Origin: Eledone cirrhosa
Lineage: Eukaryota
Assembly (NCBI GenBank): GCA_964016885.1
Contig: OZ024752.1
Span: 1,488,001 to 1,552,000, forward strand
DNA: 64,000 bases
Reading direction: 5' to 3'
Shown: positions 41,898 to 56,880 of the stretch, piece after piece
Layout of the letters: every line of letters begins with the position of its first letter
Numbering within the stretch: the stretch's first letter is position 1
Position numbers and translations under genes: made by a program
Notes under the pieces: generated by a model
Databases searched by the model: none
What the model saw: the letters and a program-made list of their open reading frames with translations, nothing else
What the model was told of the DNA's origin: nothing

Positions 41898-44800
41898 ATT
41901 ATTTAAGAAGGAAGGCAGAACAATACCAGCATATGGCTGATGGCCCAAAATGGAGAATGACAATCTAAATTAATCAAAAGCTCTGGTCAAATGTTTTAAA
42001 GATAATATATGACTTTAGCTACATATTATGTATAATATGGTTATATCAAGTTCAGTCAATATTCAAATTACAATGACGTGGATGGAGACAACATATCTAG
42101 CTGTCGAGAACTTGTGGAGTTAGATTCTATACACAGATATGCCTCACTTGGCAAATATATCCAATGGACAGTGTGCCGTTATTTCTATACGAAACGGAAT
42201 GTTATGATTAAATATTAAACATATTATTTGACAATACTTTTTTTTCCAAAATCATATTAGATTTGCCACTAAGTATAACAAACAGGCTGGGTATCGATGT
42301 ATCCACTTTGCTAATTCTCCATACATTTCGACATATCAATGAACAACATTTGGAAAACACCCTAAGGATTGCACGAAACGCATGGCGTATACATTGCACA
42401 TTGAATGCAGAACGCATGTTACACAAAACATTCTGCCTCTAAATACAAAATACTATAAAACAACCAATACTCTACGCTATTATACGATATATTATAACAT
42501 AAAACACTCTCTTACACAATTAACACTCGAAATGATATCTTCAGCAATTAACAAACCAACCTTTCTATATAATTACAACCTATTAGTAAAATCAGCCACA
42601 CCTGATATACGTTACAGCAATCAAACTATACATATATGTAAGAGAAAGAAAAACACAATATGCAAGAAAGGAAATAATACTTTACAAAACAAAGTAATCG
42701 CCAATATAACAATTGAAGTAAGAAAATCCCACAAGAACGAGAAACTGATATATTGTTAAAAAATATATTACATTTCTGAAGGATAAAATTGCATATATCT
42801 TCTGAAGAGGGAGACTCTCCGTCTGGTTTTGGAAAAGCTCGCATGTAACTCTTCAAATATAATTATAATAAATATAATAGCAATAACTAGAGTTAAAACA
42901 ATTGGCGCGCTACAACAATGTAAAAAGAGTGAGATTAAGAAACACTTAAATGTAGGAAAAGGGAAACATTAATATAATAAGTGACAATGAAACAATATTT
43001 TCTCTATATATAATGAAACAATAAAATCAAAACCAGTAGCTATATAAAAGCCATCCGCCATGTAAAACACATTTAGGCATAACACACCATAACATAAATA
43101 GCAGAACGAAATTATAAAGAATAACTCCACACATTACCAGAAAATATTAATCTGAACAAACACTCCATAGCTGAATGTCTCAAAGTAAATAACATACGTC
43201 AGAGGGAATAACAATTGTTCAAATACATGTTATATAAGGGATGATCTGTATTTAATTGTGCCTCTCTACAAAACAAAACCACGATGCAAAGCAACAAATT
43301 ATTACCAACGAATTGAAAATCAAATATCAAATGAAAACAAGAGTTTAATTTCAATAGCATAGTATGCAATTAACACAATACAATGTCATGTGTGACTGCC
43401 ATGTTTTCTAATGCCGGATTATATGTATTTATGAGCCATAACTCCCAAGGGAGTCATAGGGGCACCATATTGACATGCAACGTAATTCGGATATTTCAAA
43501 ACCTGGTACAACCCATCACATTTCCAGATCTAAATACAGCATATGCCGTCCATAGAAGTTTAGAGAGAAAGTAGAAGGAAGTGTGAAAGAGACATAGAGG
43601 AAGTTTGGACACAAATCCTTAACTGGTACATTTCTATCCATCTCGAAGGCACAGTTGACATCGCGGGGTTTGAAATCAGTGAGTAGAGAGCCGAAACAGA
43701 TAGCGCAAAACATTCTACCTGACGTTCTAACGACACTGCAAATTCATATATTTACATACACGTTTGAGTTGACTGCTATGCTCTGTGAGCAATATACCAA
43801 TAAATAGAAGCTAAGGCAGACATGAAGTCCAAAATGTTTATACCATAATTTGTACATGATAAAGATTTTTCCTTGTCTGACCAACATTTATCCTGGGAGG
43901 AAGTCGTGAAACAATCAAATAAAAATATACCGCATGTCATTTATGAAAATATAAACGCTATTTATAATGATTATGCATTGCTAACGTTTAAAATAAGGTG
44001 ATCGTTCGCATATTGTAAATATACCTCTATAGATTTAAAAATGGAATGCTAATGTATTTAACAGTTGTAATATCATTCTAATTTTGTTAAAGACAAAGCA
44101 AGGGAAGAAAAACCCATTATATTTGGTGCACAATTGTAAGAAACTACATAATTTTATGTCACAGCAACAAAACGAAATGAAGAGAACAATAATACAAGTA
44201 ATATCAATGCAAATAAAAGAAATTACCGATGGCCTTTATGTCTAGAAAAATGAAATTGGAATGACAGGGGCTACAATATTAATAAGTGTCCTATATCATG
44301 ATAATAAATATAATGCTATGCACAGCAGTCGATTTTGCCTGAAACTAAGATAAGTACAATAGAATTAAGAAAATCAGGGTGACATCTATTGAAGGAAAAT
44401 CTAAACATATAATAATCGACATACACGTCGAAGTTTATATAGTTGCAATGAAATCGGTATAACAAATATATAAAGATTAAAGAAAAAAGACTAAACATAG
44501 AAATGTAGCATAAATATTAAATGTGAACTGTTATTTAAAGAAAACAATAATAAAATAAGGCATAAACCTTGTATATACGAATATGTGCTATGTTGAAAGA
44601 ATATGACATATAGCAACAATATAAAAATGAGATTATAATTCTAGCTACATAAAAAAAATAGAAACGGAAATTAGATAACTGATGGGGTGAGGTATCAGTA
44701 TGTAGTTATATACACAGTTTCTTGAGAATTCCTTAAACAGTATATATATATGATATTTTCTTTTTATATTTTCAATTACGTGAAGTAGCATCGGTATAAA

Positions 44801-47218
44801 GAAAATATACAAGCTAGAACAATATACAATTTTCCAAATAACATCACACAAGGCAAGAAAAGAGTTATGCTGAGGACACCTATATGCTAACGACATTTTC
44901 TGATAAAGACTGAGCGATAACTAGATAGCAAATTTTTAATTGATTCTACTGTTCTTTATTCTAATTTTTTGGGCTTTTGTTTTTCTTTATTGCTGGACGT
45001 CATTTCTAGCAAAGAGAATTGATTGCGCAATGTGTGAGATTAAATCTGAGATTAAAACGTTTGTGAAAGAATGTTTGGAAGGCACGATCGCTGAATTAAA
45101 GAAATTAAAATAATTTGTGAACTTGCCATTGAATAAAAAAAATAAATAGTTGGATGTTAATCAATATACTTTAACAAAAGCAATCTGCTCAATCAATGAT
45201 TGATTTGTACAAATTGAAGCAACATTGGCTCCGATATTTATCAATTAGGGAGTTTAGAATTATTTGAATGGCTACTAATTAAAGTCACTACAGATTTATT
45301 TGAATGTCTTTTATCAAAGTCAGATGGATTTCGCAATTTATCGGTTTGTTACGAAACAAACAACAAGCAATTGTTGTAGTCAATAGGAAAAAAATGCAAC
45401 ATATTTCTAATATGTCAATTTTAAGCGTTCCGCATACGAAATAATACATTTCAAACAATTAATTCGTGATCCGTCTTTATACAAAATAGATAGTCATTGC
45501 GATTTTACTCTTCATTCCTTTCTATCTAACGTTATATTTGACGTTGTGCCTAATTTTGTGTCAATTCCAACATATTTCATAGCAATGTTCACTTCATTCG
45601 TCTGGAAATTCCCGGTTCATCCACACCCACACATGTACACACACCACATGCACCCGCACATGTACACACACCACATGCACTCGCACATGTATTACACAAA
45701 CACACACATATTACTTATACTTTACGTTAGACCAACTGATTTAAAGAAAGAGAAAATAATACAACATAAAGGTAAAATATGTTCTCTTATAGATGGGCGT
45801 ATGTTTATTTTAATCTATATGACATGCATGGTTTTGAATACGCATTTTATCAATGCAGCATATAAAGAATTGTTAGTCGACTGTGTTTACGATCAAGTTA
45901 TACGTCACCGATGCATATGACCATAAAAATACCTTGACATCCAAATAATGTTGGTAAGATATCCGCCATAGGGGTTGAAAGATATTCACGAACATGTCAG
46001 TAATAGAAACAATACATGCACTCCTGGACAACGTATATACAGAAATACAAAACACACAGTCATAACAAAAACCGCAAAGGAAAAATATTATGTTGGCATA
46101 CACAACTGAAGTATTCCAGTTCCATTATCCACAAGATTAACTCTAGGTACAAAAGTGGTTCCCCTTCCCGAACCACATTCACATCGTTCTATATATTAAC
46201 ATGTGAAAATATGTAACTAGACACAAGGAGAGGAACTATACTCGGAATGTCGGTAGTTGTCGGTACCGCGAATACAATTCCGTTTCGATATTTACATTTC
46301 ATTCAACACCAACAGTATAGTACCCCGTTTTTAAACATGAACACGGGATTTGGTAACAAATAATGCATGTCTCTTTTCACAAAACACATAAGCATAAGTC
46401 TAATGCGAGAAGATAGCGATGGATCACTCAAATACAATATATTTGGAAAGAAACCTTCATTAACGTGTTTGATAGAAATTAGGAGATATCGTGCAAAGCG
46501 AACAATGGGTTGACCATGCCTTAGAAAAAATATATGTACATACTTATTCATATTGATGCAACAGAAGCAGGCCACAAAATATATTAAAGGAACACACCTT
46601 CCTTATACTACAAATACCCTGTTATAGCTAGTTTAATGCGTGATTATCAACCCGCCAAACAAAACACAAAATGCAAGGATCCTAACAACAACCCTTAAAT
46701 AGAATATATTACCATACTGTCAACATGAAAAATCGAACGAAAGCAGTGTAGGAAATGGCATAACGTAATGCAGATGTCCAAGCTGGTTTATAAATTCTAA
46801 TTAAATATATCAGCATGTAGGTGCTCGAGGATCTTCATTGTCTCTCTGTTGTGTATGCTCTGTTAAACAGAATCTAATTTTTACATGCTTCTGAAGTAAG
46901 GGTAATATTTTTATTTTCCTTTCTGTTTATATTTTCTTTTATTTATTTCTCAGTTAAAGTATTTATAATATAATTTCTATAACTATGCTGATAATGCATA
47001 ATCATTTATTGCACTCGAAATATGTGTAAAGAATTAAAATTGTTTTAAGCTTAACTTTCCATCTCTCGTTTTGCATATATATATATATAAAATAATACAA
47101 CTGGTTTTTCCACATTATACATATTGTTAGCACCCCAAACACTTAAATTGGGTTTATGTTTGTTGAGTGAGATGGTTAGCAGTCAGAGTTTAGCTTTAAA
47201 CTATCTCTGTTATTGTAT

Positions 47219-47261
<43 letters not shown>

Positions 47262-47266
<5 letters not shown>

Positions 47267-47443
47267 AACCAGTAAGACCCCGACAGCTGAGCTCAAGCCG
47301 TTTCGACTTGAGAATTAGCCGTCGAAACGGCTTGAGCTCAGCTGTCGGGGTCTTACTGGTTCTTATTACCCACTCTACTACCTCAAGTATTGAGTACTTT
47401 GGTGCGTTATGGTCCACCTGGTTCCTTACCACATTTCCTTCGT

Positions 47444-47445
<2 letters not shown>
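47262..47445 (+). mobile_element. Family F fold-back (palindrome 47262-47366) carrying the 3' half of a hammerhead
   Basis: Arms contain GAAA-CGGC-ttgagctca-GCTG-TC-GGGG. Long arm ends at (TA)n. Relatives at 53321-53431, 54532-54640 and 37376-37457. Confidence 0.85.
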
Positions 47446-48007
<562 letters not shown>

Positions 48008-49749
48008 TATAATATTGTTATTTCATCTTCATGATTTCTTTGCGAGGAAATATTAATTTAAGCTATAAATAAGAGAAATTTCTCTTCTTATCTACAGGTT
48101 CATGAGTCTTCATACAATCATTCACTAAACACTTATACACACAAACACACAGATATACAGACAAACACATAAATAGGCTGTAATAGAAAACAAAAGTTTA
48201 TAAGAAAAAACATCTAGAATTGGATTATACGTCTAAGATATTTCAGGTAATAGATATCCGTTAAATCTTTTACAGTAAATTAAACGCAAGCATGCTAAAT
48301 ATAATTTATTGTTTGGTATTTGTACAATTGTTAGACTGCCATTAGTGCTGGATCTTATGCATTTCTTTTTTAAGAAACACCAGTTTTTCAATTTTGAAAG
48401 TTATCAGTTTTCTGATAAAATATCACAAATTCCATTAAAAACTGCTAAAAACTGCTCACTTGGAGTCATTTTGATATTATCTAATTCTATGTGATAAACC
48501 TTTAAACATTTCAGAAGCTTTTTCATGTATTTAAATGCAATCTATCTTGCAAAGTGTTAGACAATAAACGTCATATTTGCGATTAAGATTTATTTCTTCA
48601 GTCATTATAAAATGTTAATGTTGTATGTTTGGTTTTAAGAAACTAATGGAATTATTGATAATATGCAGCATGAATACTGGTGCGCGATATCAGAATCGTC
48701 TCGAATCATTTATATTTCCTGCTGAACCACTCATGAGATATAATGTAATATTATTAGAAAATGACACCAAACTTGAATAAATCTCTAAACTTTTAGTTTA
48801 AAATGATATATGTTTCCAATATGTGATGGCAATATCCTTGCATAGATTACGGTGATTTTAGCACTCAGGTCAATCCTCGTCAAGAAGTCATACGCATTTC
48901 AGATCTAATTGCTCTGTTTTCTTTTAAAAACCTAAGAGTGCATTTAGTATGTATTGCTTTCTTCAGAAGGCGGGACATGGCTAAATGAGTATTAGCAACT
49001 AATTCGCTTAGGATTGTTATGCACGTATAGGACATAAACGTTAGCTAGATAAAGAAACAGAACTTTATTTGTAGATCTATTTTGTACATTTCTCCTTTGC
49101 GGAGGACTCAATATTTCAAATGCATATTTTAACACAACTATATCCAGATGAAAAACAATAGATACGTTTACACTAGGAAAATAAATAAAGGAGAATTTAG
49201 AAAGCGAATTGGAGATACATGACTGGTGGAAATATAAATTTGGTTATTCATATTAAATTCGAATTAATGCGCTGAGCAAAGCCGTTAGTGCACTGTAGAC
49301 ATGTTTCTTTTAAATTTGAAACATACCCTCTGAAATCTGGATTTTAATTTAGTTCCAATTGGGAGGAGAGATGACACTGAGAATCACCCTGCAACAGCAG
49401 TAATATTGACTGCTCATTACCAAGGGTAGATATTTAAAAATATTGATATAGTTTGCATAAATTTCAAGACATATATGCAGGTACTCAGATTATTAAACTA
49501 AATATGAAATTTTAAAAATAAATATTACCGTCATATACCTCAACTCGTAGCACTGTCCATCTAATGATATATCCCAATATGCATTTACTTAACGGCTAGC
49601 ATTTGTGACCATTTGCTGACATATGTTACACCTTTATGACCATTTGCTAATTCAATTGGTGCATAGTTCAATATTTGAACATACCGAGCCATTTATGTTG
49701 ACAATGAGGCTAACACTCAAGAACCGTGATTATTATTATTTTCATACTA

Positions 49750-49936
49750 GGTAGATTGGCAGTATCAACAGAGCACCAGACACCATGCTTTGAAGCATAG
49801 AGTTATGGCCCTTTACGTCCCGAGTTCAAATCCCACCGAGGTTAACTTTGCCTTTCATCACTTACGGGGTCGATGAAATAAAGCACAAATAATGCACTGG
49901 GGGTAATTGCTGGCCTTGTGCCAAAAGTAGAAACAT
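49750..49936 (+). mobile_element. SINE family 1
   Basis: tRNA-like head and shared core. TSD TTATTATTTTCATACTA at 49733 and 49937. Confidence 0.9.
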
Positions 49937-52413
49937 TTATTATTTTCATACTATACCTAAGCATACCTGTGTTTTTGTGATTTTTGCTTCTAATTCCCGA
50001 ATACATTTCACCATAAAATTGCACCTCAATGTCACAATTCCCACTCTGCATGTATTCATGTGCAGTGGTACCAAATATCATATACCCCTAAATTGATGGC
50101 ATGCAGATGATAATTTTCTCATTAAAATGTACATCAATTATTTCATGGAATCTCGCATGCTAAACATAAGTCAAGTATGTTTCGATATTGTTTGGTATAA
50201 TGAATGTCATGTCAACAATATTACAACTAATAAACTTAGAAATATTAACATGCTTCAATATATATATACACCTCGTAGATGTTACTTAACTACAAATATT
50301 TACTGCTCTCATGATTCTCATAACGAAACAACCAACTATAAAATTGCTTCTCGAAAATGCATGTTTTTTTCAGATTCCTACATTATTAACATTTCCAATG
50401 TAATTTATAAAATTTGTTTGATGTATTAATACATAATTTATATGTTGCATTATGATGTATGTAGACATCTTCTGCACGTGCACAGCGTTTAACACGCATG
50501 CCATAACATTTATTTGAAATAATTGTGTACAATATTGCAAGTGTACGATGTATTTCTACTTCTCATAGACAACACATATGTATATGATTGAAATTGAGTA
50601 AACGTGCATGTTTTTACGATATAGTTGTGAACAAATCACGTCACGTTATATCTTATATTTTGAAACACCGAAACAATATGCATGGAACGACTTTTCAGAT
50701 GGATACATATATAGCTTCATGGAAAATAACGGATATATAATTTTAATATCTATATTATTCAATAGTTGTAAACATGTAAAGTACATAACATATTTTAGTT
50801 ATTTCCTTCCCCTGGTGATTTATATAACTTCGTGATTTATAATATGATTAATCGAATTAAAAAAAAAATTAATTAATGTTATTTAGTTATTTAGTGCGTT
50901 TTGTAGTCATCGAAAGGGAGTTGTATATAATCATTTTGCTTTAAGTGTTGTATTTTTTTTATGAGTTTTGGGAAATTTTAATATTGAATCTGATATTGCG
51001 TTTAATTAAATACCACTTTTGTAGTATTGCCGTATGTTATATGCAGTCTAATTTCCTTTTAGTTTAATTTTGATTTCAAAAGCTGTAGCAGCTTTTAAGA
51101 TTAACTTCAAGAAGCCGCTATTAAAATATACATGTTTAAATTGATAAATGATACCCCAAGGTTATCCACATATACATAAATATGATTCATAAAAATAGCA
51201 GGCATATTAAAGAAATTTGTTTTTAAATGCCACTCAAGCATTCTTATTCTGAAACATAATATATTTATTGGAGCGAATGGAATTAACATTTCTAGCATTG
51301 TGATATCTTAATAATTTTTGTTGCTATTGGAATATTCTTCTTTATGCTGAGACAAAATATGCGTTAAAATATATGAGCTGCAGTTTAACTATCCAGATAT
51401 ATATAATTAAAAATATTAACATCTCAACACTTCATTCAAAGTTAGGTTTATACTGCAAACTCTGTCAATATCCAGCAATAAGCACCCTCATATACCACAC
51501 CAACAAGTATTATACAAACCATTGGCGAGATTTCATTTACATACACTGATAAAAAGGAAAGCAAATGGTTAATATTTACTAAATCCTTCTGCTTTCGAAC
51601 GTTATAAGTAAACAGTTCTATATTTCTGAAACCTGTAGAATACGGATACACATATTTGAAAACATACTAGTTAGGATTCTTTTCAAGGAATCTAATTAAA
51701 AATGCAACCTTTAAAAATGTCACTTATAAAACGCATGATATGAACTGTTGAACTGCTCCATTGTGATATGTGTGGGAATGCTGTTAATAGGAGATAGAGA
51801 AATGTAATAGGAAAAACACTAATGGCTTATGCCACCTATAGCTATAACACAAGCTAAATAGATAAGGTATAAAGAAAACAATTGAATTGTTTGAGAAAAA
51901 CAATTTGGAGCTGAAAAATTCATGTGTAGTTTGAAGATGTCAATAAAATATCTATCCAACAGTTGTGCAATTTGAAAAACAAAAGATCAAATAATTGAAT
52001 TTTGAATAATAAATAGGATATGGATTGATACGTGATATGTGCTCAATTCAGCTATTTTAAACAATATATATTGTTAATAAAAATATTTCACAGGTGCCGT
52101 TCTAACACTTTATGTTATTCCAGAATTCGCCAATACGAAACGTTTAGTTAACGGCCAACTCAATTAGAAACATCACATCCATTTCTTCTCAATTAATTTA
52201 TCGGGACGTGCATGGTTGTGATGGAGAAGTCTGCTTAAAAAAGATATGCTTTCTTGCTATTATACTTCTGTGGTTATTTATTCTGGTAGCTGGTCACTCT
52301 CTCTCTCTCTCTGAAACTTAACTTGCTTACACTACAAGCGGATTTTGTTGATTTCGATTGACAGAAACCTAACTGAGATATTGCAAAATTTTCGAAGTGG
52401 TGGTCCAGGTTTG

Positions 52414-52460
<47 letters not shown>

Positions 52461-52491
52461 GGTGTGTGTATGTGTGTGTATATATATATAT

Positions 52492-53283
52492 ATATCAACT
52501 AGAAACAGATTGACATATATATATATAAACATATGGAACAATCACAGGGAATAAACTGTAAAGAATGTAAGCACACATAGCTAGGTAGGTAACCAGTTAA
52601 AGTTTAACTAGAACTTCAAATATAGATACCTTTTAAAATGATTAATCTCATTTGTATATATTTTGTAGTAAAAGATATATTTCACCAATTAATCATTGAG
52701 CTTATTCTACAGTGGATATGGTGCATGTCTCTCAGACATGACAACCCTTAATTTAATTTTGGATATATATACGGCCCCTTTATTGTAGAGCTAACTCAGT
52801 TGAATGGACGCGGTTGCTATTTCTAGCTGTCGATAATCCTATTCACGCCACTGGGATGACACTGTGCGATGTGTGTATTTAAAAAAAAATGCAACACGGG
52901 GTTCGAGTCATTCACAGATTTGCATTTGCTTTGTAAACGCAGATAGTTAATTCTTCTCCTTTGGTGACCATCCAAGATTTGACTACTGTGATTTACGGAT
53001 TAATTGGTGAAATATATTTTTTACTTAAAAAATATATACAAAGGAGATTAATCATTTTAAAAGGTATCTATATTTGAAGTTCTAGTTAACCTTTAATTGG
53101 TTACCTACCTAGCTATGTGTGCTTACATTCTTTACAGATTATTCCCTGTGATTGTTCCATATGTTTATTTTTTATATATATATATGTCAATCTGTTTCTA
53201 GTTGATATGAAATGGTCGGATCTATGATTTGGAATGATGTGGCGCATGTCTCTCAGACATGACAACCCTTAATTTAATTTTGT
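52492..53283. mobile_element. Inverted-repeat element: arms 52492-52694 / 52998-53208; 3' end duplicated at 52722-52762 and 53244-53282
   Basis: About 200 bp inverted arms with TA tracts at both ends. Confidence 0.8.
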
Positions 53284-53284
53284 A

Positions 53285-53324
<40 letters not shown>

Positions 53325-53334
53325 AACGAGTAGG

Positions 53335-53431
53335 ACCCCGACGGCTGAGCTCAAGCCGTTTCGACGGCTAATTCTGGACTATATGAACATTTTTATCCTG
53401 GTACATGAATAGCCGAGCTTCTCAGGGGGGT
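53335..53431 (-). ncRNA. Type I hammerhead (family F), non-canonical CUGAGAA core, long stem II, GUC site
   Basis: CCCC-CTGAGAA-GctCGGCTATTC..GAAtTAGCCGtC-GAAA-CGGC-ttgagctca-GCCG-TC-GGGG. Confidence 0.6.
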
Positions 53432-54222
53432 AATTCCATATATGGTAAATGTGATTGTCACAAGGATTGGTCAAAAGTTTGTTGTTGAGACACATAATTC
53501 TATCATGGCATTTTGTGGAAGGAAGGGGTAGCTGAACTTGCCAGTAGAAGAAAGAGGGAGAGGGAGTGGAGGAAACCCAGTCGCGCGTTGATAGTGCCAA
53601 CTACTGCATAATCCTAAGGGCAGGAGGTCAAGAAAGTATACTAGGGAGGGGGAGGGGGAGGAAGTCGAAACAAGAAGTAAATCAATATGGAGTAAATACA
53701 CAGAAGAAGAATATGAATGTTAAAAATATAAAAGAAACAATTTCTGGTTACTATTCCCCTACCACAATCATCAAGTCTCTCACTGGTACTGCTACTACTA
53801 TAGAAAAGTTTAATAGGTGGGACGGAATACTAAATACGAGATTGTAGTGAAAGAATGTTATCAGTTAGTAGTAATCGTCCAAATCTATCTTACAGTGACA
53901 GGTCAACGAGTAGGGGGCCAAAATACTAAAGAAACTACTACGAAATAATAATTCAGAGTCCCGAAACTAATACGAAATAATAATTCAGAATCCCGAAAAT
54001 GAATACTAATACCTTTAAGTCGTTTGGAAGCCTCGACAATGCAAATGGGTAAATCTCTGGGTAACAAGGTCCGGTGGTGGAGAGAGAGATGTAAGTGGGT
54101 GTACGTTGAGATGCGTGGTGTGTATAAGATGTGTGAGATGTGTAGAATGAAGGGAAGAGTATAAAGGATAAAAATAAAAATAACCACACAAGAGAGAGTT
54201 ACCTTGGGAGAGATTTAATAGT

Positions 54223-54258
54223 CCCTATATATTTCGGATTCACATCCATCAACTGAGG
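54223..54258 (-). ncRNA. Minimal hammerhead-like motif with CAGUUGA core in the PLE pLTR
   Basis: CCT-CAGTTGA-t-GGAT-gtga-ATCC-GAAA-TATA-TA-GGG: GNRA-capped stem II, palindromic ATATAT stem III. Confidence 0.45.
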
Positions 54259-54636
54259 TTTTTTCCGGGGTGGGGGAAAAGGTTGTCTGTCGGACAAGTC
54301 CGGAACGCGTCTTTCGCTCGAATACTAATACGATATATAAGATATGGGGTGGGTGGGGGTGGGGGTGATTGTGAATTATTTTTCGTATTAAATTTTTCAT
54401 ATATATATCGTACGAGCATTTATGTAGTTTGTATTAGAATTTATGTATAGTAGCGGTACCCTTATATACCGTATTAGTATTCATTTTCGGGATTCTGAAT
54501 TATTATTTCGTATTAGTTTCGGGACTCCTTATCAGCCGTCGGGGTCCTACTCGTTCCTATTATCCACTCTACTACCCTAAGTATTGAGTACTTTGGTGCG
54601 TTATAGTCCATCTGGTTCCTTACCACCTTTCCTACG

Positions 54637-54788
<152 letters not shown>

Positions 54789-54789
54789 A

Positions 54790-54988
54790 TATTTTTTCTC
54801 ACGAGTCAGTTCTTTCGTTGCTACGGACCCCGCGACTGAATTACCGGTCGCTATCTTCATTTGCAAAGCCCTTTAAACTGTATGTTATTACTCTGAGGTT
54901 TGATACCTTGTCGAGTGCTTGGCTGTACTGCTGGATGCATTCTTCGGCTTAGCTGCGGCTCGAGCTTCGAATATGCTGTACTTCCATT

Positions 54989-55033
<45 letters not shown>

Positions 55034-55500
55034 GTTTTGCCTACCGCAATTTTCAATTTGTCAAGCTATTTAAACGTATGTTATTACTCTACGGAACTAC
55101 CCTTATTGAGTGCTTTGCTACTCATTCCTTATTGTAAGTCGACTTTGCTTGGCCACAGCCAAAGCTTCGATTTTACTAAGCTTCCACTTGTATTATTTTC
55201 TCCTAGACTTAATAATTAACTAATTAATTTAATTAGACAATTCTGTTGATAGGTTAATTATTTGTGTTTAATAACGTCTGGTTGCGAGCTTCTATTCGGA
55301 ATGTTGAGCCAGGTCTGTTTTTTAACCTGATTAGTTCTTTCGTTACTATAGTATTGTATGGTTGGGTTTTGCCTACCGCAATTTTCAATTTAAACTATTT
55401 CAAGCTATTTAAAGGTAAGTTATTACTCTAAGGACCCACTACTCTAAGGTCGACTTTGCTTGGCCACAGCCAAAGCTTCGATTTTATTAAGCTTCCACCT
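54790..55500. repeat. Three related repeat segments (54790-54992 diverged; 55031-55192 and 55363-55500, 332 bp apart)
   Basis: Shared TGGGTTTTGCCTACCGCAATTTTCAATTT, TGTTATTACTCT and GTCGACTTTGCTTGGCCACAGCCAAAGCTTCGA blocks. Two copies end at TA. Confidence 0.7.
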
Positions 55501-55727
55501 ATATATATATATATAGTAAAAATAACGGAGCAAAGGACTCGCGTATAATCCTGTAATTAAATGAGCTCAAAAGAAAGAGTTTTCCTGGGCACTTTAAAAT
55601 ACAATAAGAGACAGAGGAGTGTGTTTTTCTTTACAGGAATTATATTTCAATTTATAGTTTCAATTTTAATGTTTTTCCTATGCCTCTAGTAGCTTATATT
55701 CTCTTCACGCTGGTGGTTTGAAATTCC

Positions 55728-55827
<100 letters not shown>

Positions 55828-55828
55828 T

Positions 55829-55891
<63 letters not shown>

Positions 55892-56245
55892 ATGGAAAAC
55901 GAAAGATCAGTGATGCATCGGAATTCAATTTATTGTGTGTTACCATTGTTTCCCCGGCGAAAAGCTGGAGGTGCGATCCGTGTGTGGATCGACCTGACTC
56001 GAGACTCGCAGGTTCCTCGGACACGTTTATTAATTTCGGATCATATACTCTTTCTTGTGTTCTCTGGTCCTACATGCCTATATCGTCCACCTTCATCCGC
56101 TTTTCGCGTCCTTGGGTTGGTCACTGGTTAGTGACGTCATCATTATTCTGACCACTTGTAGCAGCCCGCTGACCGTCAGGGCGGGAGCTGTCACCCACCC
56201 ACTGCCCCGTCGGCAAAATTACTGCTGTTTGTCAGCTCCCACTCC

Positions 56246-56249
<4 letters not shown>

Positions 56250-56342
<93 letters not shown>

Positions 56343-56343
56343 G

Positions 56344-56384
<41 letters not shown>

Positions 56385-56880
56385 ATACTGACAGATACAT
56401 ACATAGTAGCTTGTGTGATTACGTTCACACACAGAAATAGTCACACCAATATACGCTTACATGCACACAGAGACGCACACATGCGCGTGTATACACGCAC
56501 GTATATACTCAGACACACAATATACACAGACACACAATATACACGTACCCGTACGCATCCGTACATATACATGCACGCACACACACGTACGCATCCGTAC
56601 ATATACATACACTTACACTCACAGATATATATGCACATACATACATTTACGTACACACATATGCACATCTGCACATACATATGCATACATACACACATAC
56701 ACATACACACATATATACATATACACACCCACCCACACGTCCACACACACGTATACATACATATGTCTACACACACACACACATATATATACACACACAC
56801 ATACCCCAATACATTTTTCCCCTGCACGTGTGCATACACACACACAGACTCGCACATATATTCTTACACATATCTACACT
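56250..56880. repeat. (CA)n and degenerate CA/TA low-complexity region
   Basis: Source of the 289-aa HTHT ORF. Confidence 0.9.
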
